The position numbers were made by a program, and so were the translations under genes. Shown piece by piece: positions 50,147 through 59,369 of a stretch of DNA of 64,000 nt. This DNA comes from Candidatus Chisholmbacteria bacterium (lineage in GTDB: Bacteria > Patescibacteriota > Microgenomatia > UBA1400 > Chisholmbacteraceae): positions 323,438-387,437 of the forward strand of contig CAVPHZ010000001.1 in assembly GCA_963704905.1 (NCBI GenBank), given 5' to 3'. Position 1 is the first letter of the stretch, and each line of letters opens with the position of its first letter. The notes below the pieces were generated by a model, which did not search any database, was not told the DNA's origin, and was given only the letters and a program-made list of their open reading frames with translations.

Positions 50147-50533
50147 TTACGGTCCAGGAAAGTCAAACGACAAATCTTCTAGGAATTGGATATTTAAGAC
50201 AGAACCGAGAAACTGAATAATAGCCACAGAGGCCACGAGTATGACGAGACCGATAGCCCCGTTGGCAATTTTGTCTCTACCTTCTTCAAATTTGGATTTG
50301 TCACCCTGAGCAGTTACCCAACGAACCGCTCCCCATGCGAAGTATAAAACAAAGAAGATACTTCCAACAATGACGAGGGTTTTCCAGATGTTAGCGATCA
50401 TCATTGCTAACGCTTCACCGGGTGCTCCGGTGCTGTATGTGGGAGCAACGGGGTTAGAGATTCTTGCATAGCTAGGAGTTGAGCTAAGCAGTGTTAGGAG
50501 GGAGCTGGTAATTATTTTCAGCTTTTTTTTCAT
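50147..50533 (-). CDS. T4SS pilin-like protein (paralog 4)
   Basis: AVRWVTAQGDKSKFEEGRDKIANGAIGLVILVASVAII. N-terminal signal peptide. Confidence 0.5.
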   Translation of the reverse strand: MKKKLKIITSSLLTLLSSTPSYARISNPVAPTYSTGAPGEALAMMIANIWKTLVIVGSIFFVLYFAWGAVRWVTAQGDKSKFEEGRDKIANGAIGLVILVASVAIIQFLGSVLNIQFLEDLSFDFPGP

Positions 50534-50544
50534 GACATCAGGTA

Positions 50545-50904
50545 TTAAGGTGTTAGTTCACCAATTCTGGCTGCTAAATCTAGAATATCAAATCCGAGCA
50601 GTAAACCAAGTATTCCGGTAATTGCCCAAGTCATGACAATGATCACCAAACCAATAGCTGCATTCGATAAATACCTCTGGGCTTTTTTTACTTTTTCTTG
50701 GTCACCTTGGGCGGTGAGATAATTCAGCGCTCCAAGCAGAAAATAGATGATGAATGCCAAACCTCCTATTACCGTGAATGTTCCCAAGAGAACGCTGAAG
50801 AAATTTTCAAGAGTGCCCCCAACATCAGTTGCAGTTACTTGGAAGGGGCTGTCTCCTGTGATTGGCTGGAAGTCTAGTGCATAGATTGGCTTGATGTTAG
50901 TCAT
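50545..50904 (-). CDS. T4SS pilin-like protein (paralog 5)
   Basis: ALNYLTAQGDQEKVKKAQRYLSNAAIGLVIIVMTWAI. Confidence 0.5.
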   Translation of the reverse strand: MTNIKPIYALDFQPITGDSPFQVTATDVGGTLENFFSVLLGTFTVIGGLAFIIYFLLGALNYLTAQGDQEKVKKAQRYLSNAAIGLVIIVMTWAITGILGLLLGFDILDLAARIGELTP

Positions 50905-50905
50905 A

Positions 50906-51346
50906 TTATGGACCAGGCCCAGTTATAGACGGTTGTAAAATGGCGGTCGCGTCTCCAAAAAGTAAAAGTCCCATCAGCGCTGCAAAGGCAAAAGCCAAAA
51001 CGACTACTATCAACCCGATGATCGATTGATAGATTTTTTGCCAGGCACTGGAGATTTTTTCCGGATTACCGGCAGAGCTGATAAATGAAACCCCACCGAG
51101 TACAAAGTTGATAAAGGCGTACAGTCCAGCAGCTATAGTAATCAGGCGAATAACATTTGAGAGAAACACTGTGGCGTAAGGGAGATCTCCATAGGCTGTG
51201 ATGGGATTGGTAATTGTTCCAATCAATCCAGCATGCGCAATTTTTACCTGAAATATAGCGTTATACACTAGAGCGAGAAGAACAATTGAAATAGTTCTCA
51301 AACTACTTACTTTTGGCAAAAGATGATGATTATTGTTCATGACCAT
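50906..51346 (-). CDS. T4SS pilin-like protein (paralog 6, divergent)
   Basis: GVSFISSAGNPEKISSAWQKIYQSIIGLIVVVLAFAFA (GNPE variant of the loop). Confidence 0.45.
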   Translation of the reverse strand: MVMNNNHHLLPKVSSLRTISIVLLALVYNAIFQVKIAHAGLIGTITNPITAYGDLPYATVFLSNVIRLITIAAGLYAFINFVLGGVSFISSAGNPEKISSAWQKIYQSIIGLIVVVLAFAFAALMGLLLFGDATAILQPSITGPGP

Positions 51347-51364
51347 GTTTGCTGTTTCTTAATT

Positions 51365-51802
51365 TTAGAGTCCGGAGGTCAGGATAGCAATACCGGTTAG
51401 CACTTCGATAATTCGGATGATCCAAAATGCTCCAAAGACAAGTCCAAGCCCCATGACACCTGCGGTCGCTGCATTTTTGCCTTTCTCGTTTTGCTGCGGG
51501 TTTCCTGCTGAAGAGATCATGGCAATCCCAGCTCCGATGATGAGTAGAAATGAAATTAACCCAGCGCCTACCATGGCCGTAGTGAGTAAGGGAGAGATAT
51601 AGTCTCCAAGTGTTCTGGTCCCACCGAATGCAAGTGGATAGGCAGTTGCAATATCAACAGGAGGAGGTTGCGCATAAACGGCTGAGGTAATTCGGAAGAA
51701 TATGCCTGTTGAGAGGATTGTGATGATTGCTATTTGGCGATTGAGGGTGGGCTTCATGCTTGAGAATAGCATACCATTATTGTGATTATCATAGCCGGTC
51801 AT
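51365..51802 (-). CDS. T4SS pilin-like protein (paralog 7, divergent)
   Basis: GIAMISSAGNPQQNEKGKNAATAGVMGLGLVFGAFWII. Confidence 0.45.
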   Translation of the reverse strand: MTGYDNHNNGMLFSSMKPTLNRQIAIITILSTGIFFRITSAVYAQPPPVDIATAYPLAFGGTRTLGDYISPLLTTAMVGAGLISFLLIIGAGIAMISSAGNPQQNEKGKNAATAGVMGLGLVFGAFWIIRIIEVLTGIAILTSGL

Positions 51803-51833
51803 TGATGTTGGTACAATACATTATAATCATCCT

Positions 51834-52397
51834 ATGAAGTCGAAGTCTTCTGATATTGATGAGCGGTTACTTGTCGAAGGTTTGCTTAAGGGTTCAGAGC
51901 GTTGGTTAGGTTTGTATTACCGAACCTATTCATCTCCAGTTCGACGGTTTATCACTAGTCGAGTGAGGTTGCCTGATGATGCTGAGGAAATTCTCCAAGA
52001 TACTCTCTTATCTTCATTGGACTCTCTGGCACTCTTTTCGCGGAGATCGAGTTTGTTTACCTGGCTGTGCAGCATTGCGAGACATGAGATTGCGGATTAT
52101 TACCGGCGACGTACGATTAAGACGATTGTTTTTTCCAAGGTACCGTTTGTTGAGCGATTCGTGAGTCGGGCGCTTGAACCAGACGCCGGTTTTATGCGTC
52201 GTGAATATGAGCAGCGAGTTAAACAGGCGTTGTCTATGATTTTGCCTCATTATCGTACAGCGCTGGAGCTTAAATATATGGATGGGTTATCGGTGGCTGA
52301 AATCAGTGAACAACTGGGGATGAGTTTAAAAGCTTGTGAGTCGGTGCTTACCCGAGCGCGAAAGGCATTTGAGCTGGCGTATGAGCAGACAGCGTAG
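51834..52397 (+). CDS. ECF-type RNA polymerase sigma-70 family factor
   Basis: Region 2 (RFITSRVRLPDDAEEILQDTLL..L) and region 4 HTH (LSVAEISEQLGMSLKACESVLTRARKAF). 187 aa. Confidence 0.75.
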   Translation: MKSKSSDIDERLLVEGLLKGSERWLGLYYRTYSSPVRRFITSRVRLPDDAEEILQDTLLSSLDSLALFSRRSSLFTWLCSIARHEIADYYRRRTIKTIVFSKVPFVERFVSRALEPDAGFMRREYEQRVKQALSMILPHYRTALELKYMDGLSVAEISEQLGMSLKACESVLTRARKAFELAYEQTA

Positions 52398-52635
52398 TGA
52401 GAAAGAGTTTTATAGAGAACTTCAACGCAGGATTGGTGAAAACAAACAATTATATAGTGAGTCTTCCTTTCATCTTCCAGATTCGAGTTGTATGCGGTTT
52501 GTGGCTACCTACTTAGGTGTTAATCCATGGAAAGTGATCATTCCGGTGGCGGGTATTATAGTTTTGCTATTTCGAGTTGTGCTGGGAACGTCTTTTGCTG
52601 AGTTTATCTTAGATATTTTAGGAGGTGGATTATAG
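52381..52635 (+). CDS. putative single-pass anti-sigma factor
   Basis: Start (ATG at 52381) overlaps the sigma-factor stop by 17 nt. Short cytoplasmic part, one TM (VIIPVAGIIVLLFRVVLG). Classic ECF sigma/anti-sigma coupling; function inferred from context only. Confidence 0.35.
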   Translation: MSRQRSEKEFYRELQRRIGENKQLYSESSFHLPDSSCMRFVATYLGVNPWKVIIPVAGIIVLLFRVVLGTSFAEFILDILGGGL

Positions 52636-52721
52636 CTATTGATATATCATTTTCCAATAATCGCTATCGACAGTTCGGTACATTTCTTGTCTGGGTATTT
52701 TATCAAGTATCTCGGTTAAGT

Positions 52722-52985
52722 TTGGGTTTGGTGCTGCATCCATACCGAACGACACGGGAGATCATGCGGGGGCGTTGGTTTGTGCCGCTTGTCTTTCTTC
52801 CAAGCGTGATATTGGCTTGGATTTTTGTTTCAGGGAGAATTGCTGCCTGGGTTGTTGATGTGCCTCAACACTCGAGGGATGGAATCGGTTTGGTTTATGC
52901 GACGTTTGTATTCAGTCTGATTTTGTGGCAAATGCTTCTGGTCTATCTTGGTTTTCGATTTTGGTACGGTTTTCGTAAAAAGTAA
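52722..52985 (+). CDS. small two-TM membrane protein, hypothetical
   Basis: 87 aa, two hydrophobic helices, co-directional with the sigma/anti-sigma pair. Confidence 0.25.
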   Translation: MGLVLHPYRTTREIMRGRWFVPLVFLPSVILAWIFVSGRIAAWVVDVPQHSRDGIGLVYATFVFSLILWQMLLVYLGFRFWYGFRKK

Positions 52986-53119
52986 CACTTCTTTTTTCTC
53001 ACATTTTCTCGGGATAAGATTTGCATTGATTGACGCTTAGCGAAGGATTTTTCTCTTATTGTGCGACTAATATAGTGTAGGCGATTTATTCGCTTTTATT
53101 ATTTTGGCATGTTTTTGTT

Positions 53120-54400
53120 ATGACTACTGATGAATGGGTGAAAAAAAGTGTGCGGCAGGGAAAGTTGCTGGTTGAAGTTCCAGACCATTGGAGTGAGAAG
53201 AAGCGGGTGTTGGCTCGTCGGAAGGTGCTTGAGCAACTCACCGGTGTTCGCTTGTCTTCACTATCTTTGAATGAGGAGTTACTGAATGCAGCCTCCTCGA
53301 GAAATATTGAACAGGCAATTGGTGCGACTTCTGTTCCAGTTGGAATTGTTGGCCCGCTGCGCGTTCGCTCGGGGCAAGCACTTCAAATTTTCTCAAAACA
53401 AGACCTACGCATGCGTTCCCGCCATCAGGGTGGGCAAGCAAAAGAGGAGAAGGAATATTTTATACCAGTAGCGACAACTGAAGGAGCGCTGGTTGCGAGC
53501 ATCAATCGAGGGTGTAAGTCAATTACGCAGGCTGGTGGAGCTGCTGTGGTATCTGAAAAAATTGGGATTACACGGGCTCCTGTTTTTCGAGTACAAAGCC
53601 TCTCAGAGGGGAAGACATTTATTGCATATATCCGACAGCATTTGTCTGAACTGCGTACCATTGCACATGATACTGATCGACATCTGAAGCTTGTTCACAT
53701 AGAACCAAAGATGGTTGGACGGAGTGTTTTTTTACGATTTCGGTTTAATACCGAAGAAGCGATGGGAATGAATATGGCAACGATTGCTACTGATGCTCTT
53801 TCGCAGCATTTAGAAAAGGTTTGTAATGTTTCCTGTGTCAGTCTGTCGTCCAACTACTGTATTGATAAAAAGCCAGCATCGTTGAACTTTCAGTCTGGGC
53901 GAGGTTATCAAGTTTGGGCGGAAATTGTTTTACCGCCGTCTTCTGTAGCCAATTTACTTAAGACAACAGTTGAAAAAATTGCTGAAGTATCTTATCGAAA
54001 ACTGTTTGTCGGATCGGCACTTTCGAATTCACTGGGATTTAACGCACAATATGCCAATATTGTTGCGGCTTTGTTTCTGGCAACCGGGCAAGACATTGCT
54101 CATGTGGTGGAGGGATCGATGGGGATTACAACAGTTGAGCAGGTGAAGAAAGGACTCTATGTGAGTGTTTTCTTACCCTCGCTGGTTCTGGGAACGGTGG
54201 GTGGTGGAACTGGATTACCGGCTCAGAACGAAGCGCTACAGATCATGGGACTTGGTGGTGCTAAAACCGGAGATAGTGAAACATTGGCTGAGATTGTGGG
54301 TGCGACTGTGTTGGCTGGGGAGATTTCTCTTTTAGCATCTTTAGCGGAAGGGTCGCTGGCTCGGTCACACCAAAGACTGGGGAGGAACCATACAGCATGA
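53120..54400 (+). CDS. hmgA: HMG-CoA reductase, class I (archaeal/eukaryotic-type)
   Basis: EEAMGMNMATIATDA and LGTVGGGTGLPAQ match the class I DAMGMN / GTVGG motifs. 426 aa. Confidence 0.85.
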   Translation: MTTDEWVKKSVRQGKLLVEVPDHWSEKKRVLARRKVLEQLTGVRLSSLSLNEELLNAASSRNIEQAIGATSVPVGIVGPLRVRSGQALQIFSKQDLRMRSRHQGGQAKEEKEYFIPVATTEGALVASINRGCKSITQAGGAAVVSEKIGITRAPVFRVQSLSEGKTFIAYIRQHLSELRTIAHDTDRHLKLVHIEPKMVGRSVFLRFRFNTEEAMGMNMATIATDALSQHLEKVCNVSCVSLSSNYCIDKKPASLNFQSGRGYQVWAEIVLPPSSVANLLKTTVEKIAEVSYRKLFVGSALSNSLGFNAQYANIVAALFLATGQDIAHVVEGSMGITTVEQVKKGLYVSVFLPSLVLGTVGGGTGLPAQNEALQIMGLGGAKTGDSETLAEIVGATVLAGEISLLASLAEGSLARSHQRLGRNHTA

Positions 54401-55437
54401 TTCATCATAAAAAACTCACTGGAATTGGGATCGTTGGATATGGATCGTACGTTCCACGACTACGAATACGTATTTCGGAAATCGCCTCCTCGTATGGAGT
54501 CGACGGGAAACAAGTAGAACAGAATTTATGCGTCAAGCAAAAATCAGTGGCTCAGTGGGATGAAGATGTGGTGACGTTGGCGTACATGGCGAGTTCTGGT
54601 GCTCTTAGCATGGCAAATATTGATGCTACAAAAATTGGAGCACTCTATATTGGTAGTGAAAGCCATCCCTATGCGGTGAAGACTACGAGTACCATTGTTG
54701 GAGAAGCGCTCGGAGTTGGACATGAATACATGGCTGCTGACTTAGAATTTGCGTGTAAAGCAGGTACTTCGGGAGTGCAACTGATTGCTTCACATCTGCT
54801 CAGTGGTGTTATCTCATATGGTTTGGCTGTTGGGGCTGATGTGGCGCAGGCAGAGCCAGGAGATTTACTTGAATACACTGCCGCTGCCGGAGGAGCAGCT
54901 CTGCTTTTGGGAAAACGGAGAATACTAGCCCGATTAACTGGATTTTTTTCCTATTGCAGTGATACCAGCGATTTTTGGAGAAGGAGTGAGCAGAAGCTTC
55001 CACAGCATGCAGGACGTTTTACTGGGGAACCAGCATATTTCCGACACATTATTGCTGCAACTGAAGCTTTTTTTAAGGCTTCGAAAACCAATGCTTCTAC
55101 CTATGATCATGTGGTGTTTCATATGCCAAATGGAAAGTTTCCTGTACGAGCGGCTCAACGACTTGGTTTTGGCGAGAAACAATTAAAGCACGGCTTCATT
55201 GTTAGTGAGATCGGCAATCCGTATAGTGCTTCAACGCTTCTTGGTTTGTGCCGGGTGCTTGATAATGCAGATAACCAACAGCGCATACTTCTAGTTTCGT
55301 ACGGCTCAGGTGCAGGATCAGATGTGCTTTCTTTTTTTACAACACCGCTACTGGCAAGATACCGAAGAAGACTGTCGCAAGCAGCGCATCAACCAACCTA
55401 TCTTTCATATGGAGCATATCGGGCAATGGTGGGGTAA
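54397..55437 (+). CDS. hydroxymethylglutaryl-CoA synthase (archaeal-type, thiolase-fold)
   Basis: 346 aa, condensing-enzyme fold with active-site Cys context (LEFACKAGTSG). Translationally coupled to hmgA (ATGA overlap). Adjacent to the thiolase and DUF35 genes, as in archaeal HMGCS/thiolase/DUF35 complexes. Confidence 0.7.
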   Translation: MIHHKKLTGIGIVGYGSYVPRLRIRISEIASSYGVDGKQVEQNLCVKQKSVAQWDEDVVTLAYMASSGALSMANIDATKIGALYIGSESHPYAVKTTSTIVGEALGVGHEYMAADLEFACKAGTSGVQLIASHLLSGVISYGLAVGADVAQAEPGDLLEYTAAAGGAALLLGKRRILARLTGFFSYCSDTSDFWRRSEQKLPQHAGRFTGEPAYFRHIIAATEAFFKASKTNASTYDHVVFHMPNGKFPVRAAQRLGFGEKQLKHGFIVSEIGNPYSASTLLGLCRVLDNADNQQRILLVSYGSGAGSDVLSFFTTPLLARYRRRLSQAAHQPTYLSYGAYRAMVG

Positions 55438-55443
55438 TCAATT

Positions 55444-56622
55444 ATGGATAGAAGGCAACACATAGCTAGTCATGGGAAATTAGATATTGCCGTCCTTGGT
55501 GTAGGTCAGACGAAGTTTGGCGAGCTTTGGGACGCATCTCTTTTAGATCTGGCAACCGAGGCTTCTGCAGAAGCACTTCAGGATGCGAGCCTTGATTTTC
55601 GGCGGATAGACGCGGTGGTTGTGGGTAACATGCTTTCAAATACACTGCAAAATCAAGCACATTTAGGAGCGCTGGTTGCATCTCGACTCGGAATACAAGC
55701 CCCATCCTTACGAGTTGAAGGCGCTTGTGCATCTGGTGGGCTAGCAATTCGAACAGGCATTGAGAAGCTTTTGTCAGGAACTGCTGGGAACGTACTTGTG
55801 GTTGGAGTGGAAAAAATGACTGATCATTCCACTGACCTTTCAACCCAGGCTCTTATGGGTGCTTCGGATGCCCTAGAACAGTTTGCTGGAGTAACTTTTC
55901 CTGGTTTATATGCATTGGTTACCCGTGCGTATATGGAGGAGTTTGACGTTTCAGACCATAGTCTGGCAGGTGTTCCGGTTAAGAATCATGATCATGGAAT
56001 TTTGAACCCTAAGGCGCATTTTCGCTTTCGGATTAATACTGATCAGGTACTTGCGAGTCCATGTGTTGCTTCTCCTTTAAAACTTCTTGATTGTTCACCG
56101 CTGTCAGATGGTGCAGCTGCGGTTGTGCTGAGCCTTTCTAATGGATTTAAAAAACGATCGGTTCGGATTGTTGGTGCTGGGCAGGCGAGTGATGTCGTAC
56201 CTTTGGCTGATCGGCTTTCGCTCACGGAATTCAACGCAGCTCGCAAGGCTGCAGATGAAGTATTTGAAATGGCTTCTCTTGAACCTGCTGATGTTGATCT
56301 CATGGAAGTGCATGATTGTTTTACTATTGGAGAGATTTTAGCCCTTGAGGATATGGGGTTTTCAAAAAAAGGTGAGGGTTGGGTGATCGCATCGAATGGG
56401 GAGTGCCGTTTAGGTGGAAAAAGACCCGTCAATACATCTGGAGGACTTAAGTCGTGCGGGCACCCAGTTGCCGCAACGGGAGTTAAGCAAATTGTTGAGT
56501 TAACTCTCCAGCTTCGTGAAGCAGCAGGAAAGCGGCAAGTATCTGGCGCTCGGGTTGGGTTAGCTCATAATGTTGGTGGTGTTGGTGGAACTGCCGTTGT
56601 CCATTTACTTCAGTCAGCTTAG
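55444..56622 (+). CDS. acetyl-CoA C-acetyltransferase (archaeal-type thiolase)
   Basis: VEGACASGGLAIRTG (active-site Cys), ...CGHPVAATGV (C-terminal catalytic His/Cys region). 392 aa. Confidence 0.8.
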   Translation: MDRRQHIASHGKLDIAVLGVGQTKFGELWDASLLDLATEASAEALQDASLDFRRIDAVVVGNMLSNTLQNQAHLGALVASRLGIQAPSLRVEGACASGGLAIRTGIEKLLSGTAGNVLVVGVEKMTDHSTDLSTQALMGASDALEQFAGVTFPGLYALVTRAYMEEFDVSDHSLAGVPVKNHDHGILNPKAHFRFRINTDQVLASPCVASPLKLLDCSPLSDGAAAVVLSLSNGFKKRSVRIVGAGQASDVVPLADRLSLTEFNAARKAADEVFEMASLEPADVDLMEVHDCFTIGEILALEDMGFSKKGEGWVIASNGECRLGGKRPVNTSGGLKSCGHPVAATGVKQIVELTLQLREAAGKRQVSGARVGLAHNVGGVGGTAVVHLLQSA

Positions 56623-56627
56623 CTGTT

Positions 56628-56972
56628 ATGACTCAAACGACTCCAGTTTCCTTATCTCGATCAAAAGAAACACGCTACCGACTTCTGGGAAAGGTGGGAT
56701 CTGTTGTCTCATATACTTCCATTGCGGTTGGGCCAAATGGCCTTAAGAAACGAACACCGTATTTGATAGCAATTGTTGATTTCGGTGCCATGCGAGCAAC
56801 TCTGCCGCTGGCTGATGTTTCTGCTGGTGAAGTAAAAAATGGAATGAAGGTTGTGGGTGTGATGCGAAGGATGTCTGATCCTAGTGAAGATGGGATTATT
56901 TCTTATGGTGTGAAGTGTGTGCCAGTAGTCATGAATATCCGGAAGAGCTCAAAGAACAAAAACAATGAATAA
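56628..56972 (+). CDS. DUF35-like OB-fold protein (thiolase/HMGCS scaffold), lacking Zn-ribbon cysteines
   Basis: 114-aa ORF immediately after the thiolase. OB-fold-like composition. Assigned mainly by the conserved three-gene arrangement known from archaea. Confidence 0.45.
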   Translation: MTQTTPVSLSRSKETRYRLLGKVGSVVSYTSIAVGPNGLKKRTPYLIAIVDFGAMRATLPLADVSAGEVKNGMKVVGVMRRMSDPSEDGIISYGVKCVPVVMNIRKSSKNKNNE

Positions 56973-57507
56973 CATGCAACGAATGCACATCGATCAACAG
57001 GTTGTCTTGGTGGATGAGATGGACAGACCAATTGGCACGGCAGCCAAGAATGAGGTTCATACTGCTCATACACCTCTTCATCGAGGTTTGTCTGTGTTTC
57101 TTTTTGATAACAATGGCAAGGTTTTGGTGCAACAGCGGGCGCTTCGTAAGCAGACTTGGCCAGGGGTGTGGAGCAATTCTTGTTGTGGTCATCCTCAGCC
57201 TGGAGAAACATATGATCAGGCAGTATTACGAGAGGTGAAAGAGGAATTAGGCTTAGAGATACAGGATCTGAAAAAAGTGTCAGATTATCGATACCTATTT
57301 GAACGTGACGGGATGGTTGAAAATGAAATTTGCCCTGTTTTCATGGGAACGGCTGTGGGTGAAGTTACACTGGACCCAAGTGAAGTTGCTGATTATAAGT
57401 GGATGAAGTGGGAGGATTTCAAGCAGGCATTGAAAGATGATAGCGATGGAACATGGAGTGAGTGGTGTAAAGAGGAAGCTACGTTAGTGGACAAATTACT
57501 GCAGTAA
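56965..57507 (+). CDS. idi: isopentenyl-diphosphate delta-isomerase, type 1 (Nudix-fold)
   Basis: LHRGLSVFLFDNNGKVLVQQRALRKQTWPGVWSNSCCGHPQPGE...REVKEELG is the IDI-1 signature including the catalytic CC. Confidence 0.88.
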   Translation: MNNMQRMHIDQQVVLVDEMDRPIGTAAKNEVHTAHTPLHRGLSVFLFDNNGKVLVQQRALRKQTWPGVWSNSCCGHPQPGETYDQAVLREVKEELGLEIQDLKKVSDYRYLFERDGMVENEICPVFMGTAVGEVTLDPSEVADYKWMKWEDFKQALKDDSDGTWSEWCKEEATLVDKLLQ

Positions 57508-57510
57508 TGT

Positions 57511-58392
57511 ATGAAACCTGTAACGAGTAGATTTTCAGGAAAAGTGTTACTCAGCGGAGAACACAGCGTGGTTTACGGTCAGCCAGCACTTGTGGCAAGT
57601 GTTGATCGGAACATGACAGTTACCCTGCGACCTTCTAACGGTTTTCATTTACAGAGCGCTGTTGAGGATAAAATAGGTTTGGTTAGATATGCGCTTGAGT
57701 TGGCTGAGGTTGACCCTGATGTTTATAGCGTATCTATTGATTCAAATATTCCCTCTGGTTTAGGGACTTCGGCTGCGGTGTGTGCTGGTGTTATTCAAGC
57801 AGCTTATGAGTCGGTTGGAAATAAATTGGAGCGGGATGCGTTATTTCGACTGGCTTGGCAATGTGAGAAGAGAGCACATGGAAATTCTTCTGGTGTTGAT
57901 CCCGCAGCCGTCGTGTATGGAGGATTAATCTGGTATGTCCGGGATAAGGAGAGAACGACACTTCCACTCAAAACACACTACTCTTTTCTTTTGGTTGATA
58001 GCGGGACTCCTAAAGAATCTACTGGAGAGATGGTTTCATTGGTTGGTTCTCGCCTCAAACACAAGAAAGCAACATTCAAGAAACATATTACAGAAATCGG
58101 AGAAGTGACAAGATTATTTCGGAGACAGCTTTTGAAAGGACAGAGAGTTACAAAAGTAATTAATGATAACGGTTTGTTACTTGAGAAATTGGGGATCGTT
58201 AGTAAACAGACTCGAGAATTAAGCGAACACTTACGGGCAATGGGTTGCGGGGTGAAAGTAACCGGTGCAGGTGGTGTGAAAACAGGTTCTGGAATGCTTC
58301 TGGTTGACCATCCTGAGTTTGATACTATTTCAAGGAAATTAACATCTATGAGACTCAATTTGTTTGAGATTATCATTGGAGATGATCTATGA
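57511..58392 (+). CDS. GHMP kinase, mevalonate kinase family (mevalonate or phosphomevalonate kinase)
   Basis: N-terminal GKVLLSGEHSVVYGQPALVASV, and a GHMP ATP-binding loop PSGLGTSAAV. Confidence 0.6.
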   Translation: MKPVTSRFSGKVLLSGEHSVVYGQPALVASVDRNMTVTLRPSNGFHLQSAVEDKIGLVRYALELAEVDPDVYSVSIDSNIPSGLGTSAAVCAGVIQAAYESVGNKLERDALFRLAWQCEKRAHGNSSGVDPAAVVYGGLIWYVRDKERTTLPLKTHYSFLLVDSGTPKESTGEMVSLVGSRLKHKKATFKKHITEIGEVTRLFRRQLLKGQRVTKVINDNGLLLEKLGIVSKQTRELSEHLRAMGCGVKVTGAGGVKTGSGMLLVDHPEFDTISRKLTSMRLNLFEIIIGDDL

Positions 58393-59369
58393 ACACAGTT
58401 GTTTCTTCTGCGCCGGGAAAGCTGATGCTCTTTGGCGAACATGCGGTCGTGTATGGTCATCCATGCATTGTGACCGCAGTTGATCAGCGAATGCGTGTTT
58501 CTGTTTCATTCAACGGAAAAGGTGAGATTGTTGTCCGGGCTCCGCAGGTCGGGTTGGAGAGATATTCAAAAAAAATCGCGCTTTTGGGAAAACACGATGT
58601 TCCAAAACCAGTTCGTTTTATTGAATTGTTAGTGAAGAATTATCAGGATCAGTATGGTTTGGAGCGAGGGTTGGATATAATAACTGAGAGTGAATTTTCA
58701 GCCGATTATGGATTTGGTTCCTCGGCTGCTGTTACCGTTGCTCTTGCATATGGATTAGCTCAACTTCATTCTCTTCGGTTATCAAATCAGCAATTGTTTG
58801 AGCTTTGCTTCAAAGCGGTATTGGATGTCCAAGGTGTCGGTTCTGGTTTTGATATTGCAGCATCTATATATGGGGGCACGCTTTATTATATTAAAGGAGG
58901 TAGTAGCATTCAGTCGATATCTTGGGATGGCGATTGTCCAATAGTTGTTGGATACACAGGTATTAAAGCTGATACACCAACGCTTATTCGGCAGGTGGCG
59001 GAATATCGTGTGCATCAACTAGAAAAAACTACATCGACTTTTGAGCACATTTCAGAGATTGTTCATTCAGCTGAAGTTGCTTTTAGTAAACAACAGTATA
59101 AGGTTTTAGGAAAACTTGCGACTAAGAATCAAAAACTTCTTCATTCATTAGGAATTAGCAGTGTAGAGTTGGATCGACTTATCAGCGCCGCTCAACAAGC
59201 AGGAGCACTTGGATCTAAGCTCTCCGGAGCCGGTGGAGGGGATTGTATGATTTCCTTTGTGAGTGATAAGAAGAGAGAAGATGTTGAGGCGGTAATTTCA
59301 AATGCAGGTGGAGAAGTTGTCGATGTTCGTCTTCATGCTCAAGGAGTTCGAAAGGAGAAGATGTCATGA
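58389..59369 (+). CDS. GHMP kinase, mevalonate kinase family (second kinase of pathway)
   Basis: APGKLMLFGEHAVVYGHPCIV, and GFGSSAAVTVA. Translationally coupled on both sides. Confidence 0.6.
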   Translation: MNTVVSSAPGKLMLFGEHAVVYGHPCIVTAVDQRMRVSVSFNGKGEIVVRAPQVGLERYSKKIALLGKHDVPKPVRFIELLVKNYQDQYGLERGLDIITESEFSADYGFGSSAAVTVALAYGLAQLHSLRLSNQQLFELCFKAVLDVQGVGSGFDIAASIYGGTLYYIKGGSSIQSISWDGDCPIVVGYTGIKADTPTLIRQVAEYRVHQLEKTTSTFEHISEIVHSAEVAFSKQQYKVLGKLATKNQKLLHSLGISSVELDRLISAAQQAGALGSKLSGAGGGDCMISFVSDKKREDVEAVISNAGGEVVDVRLHAQGVRKEKMS

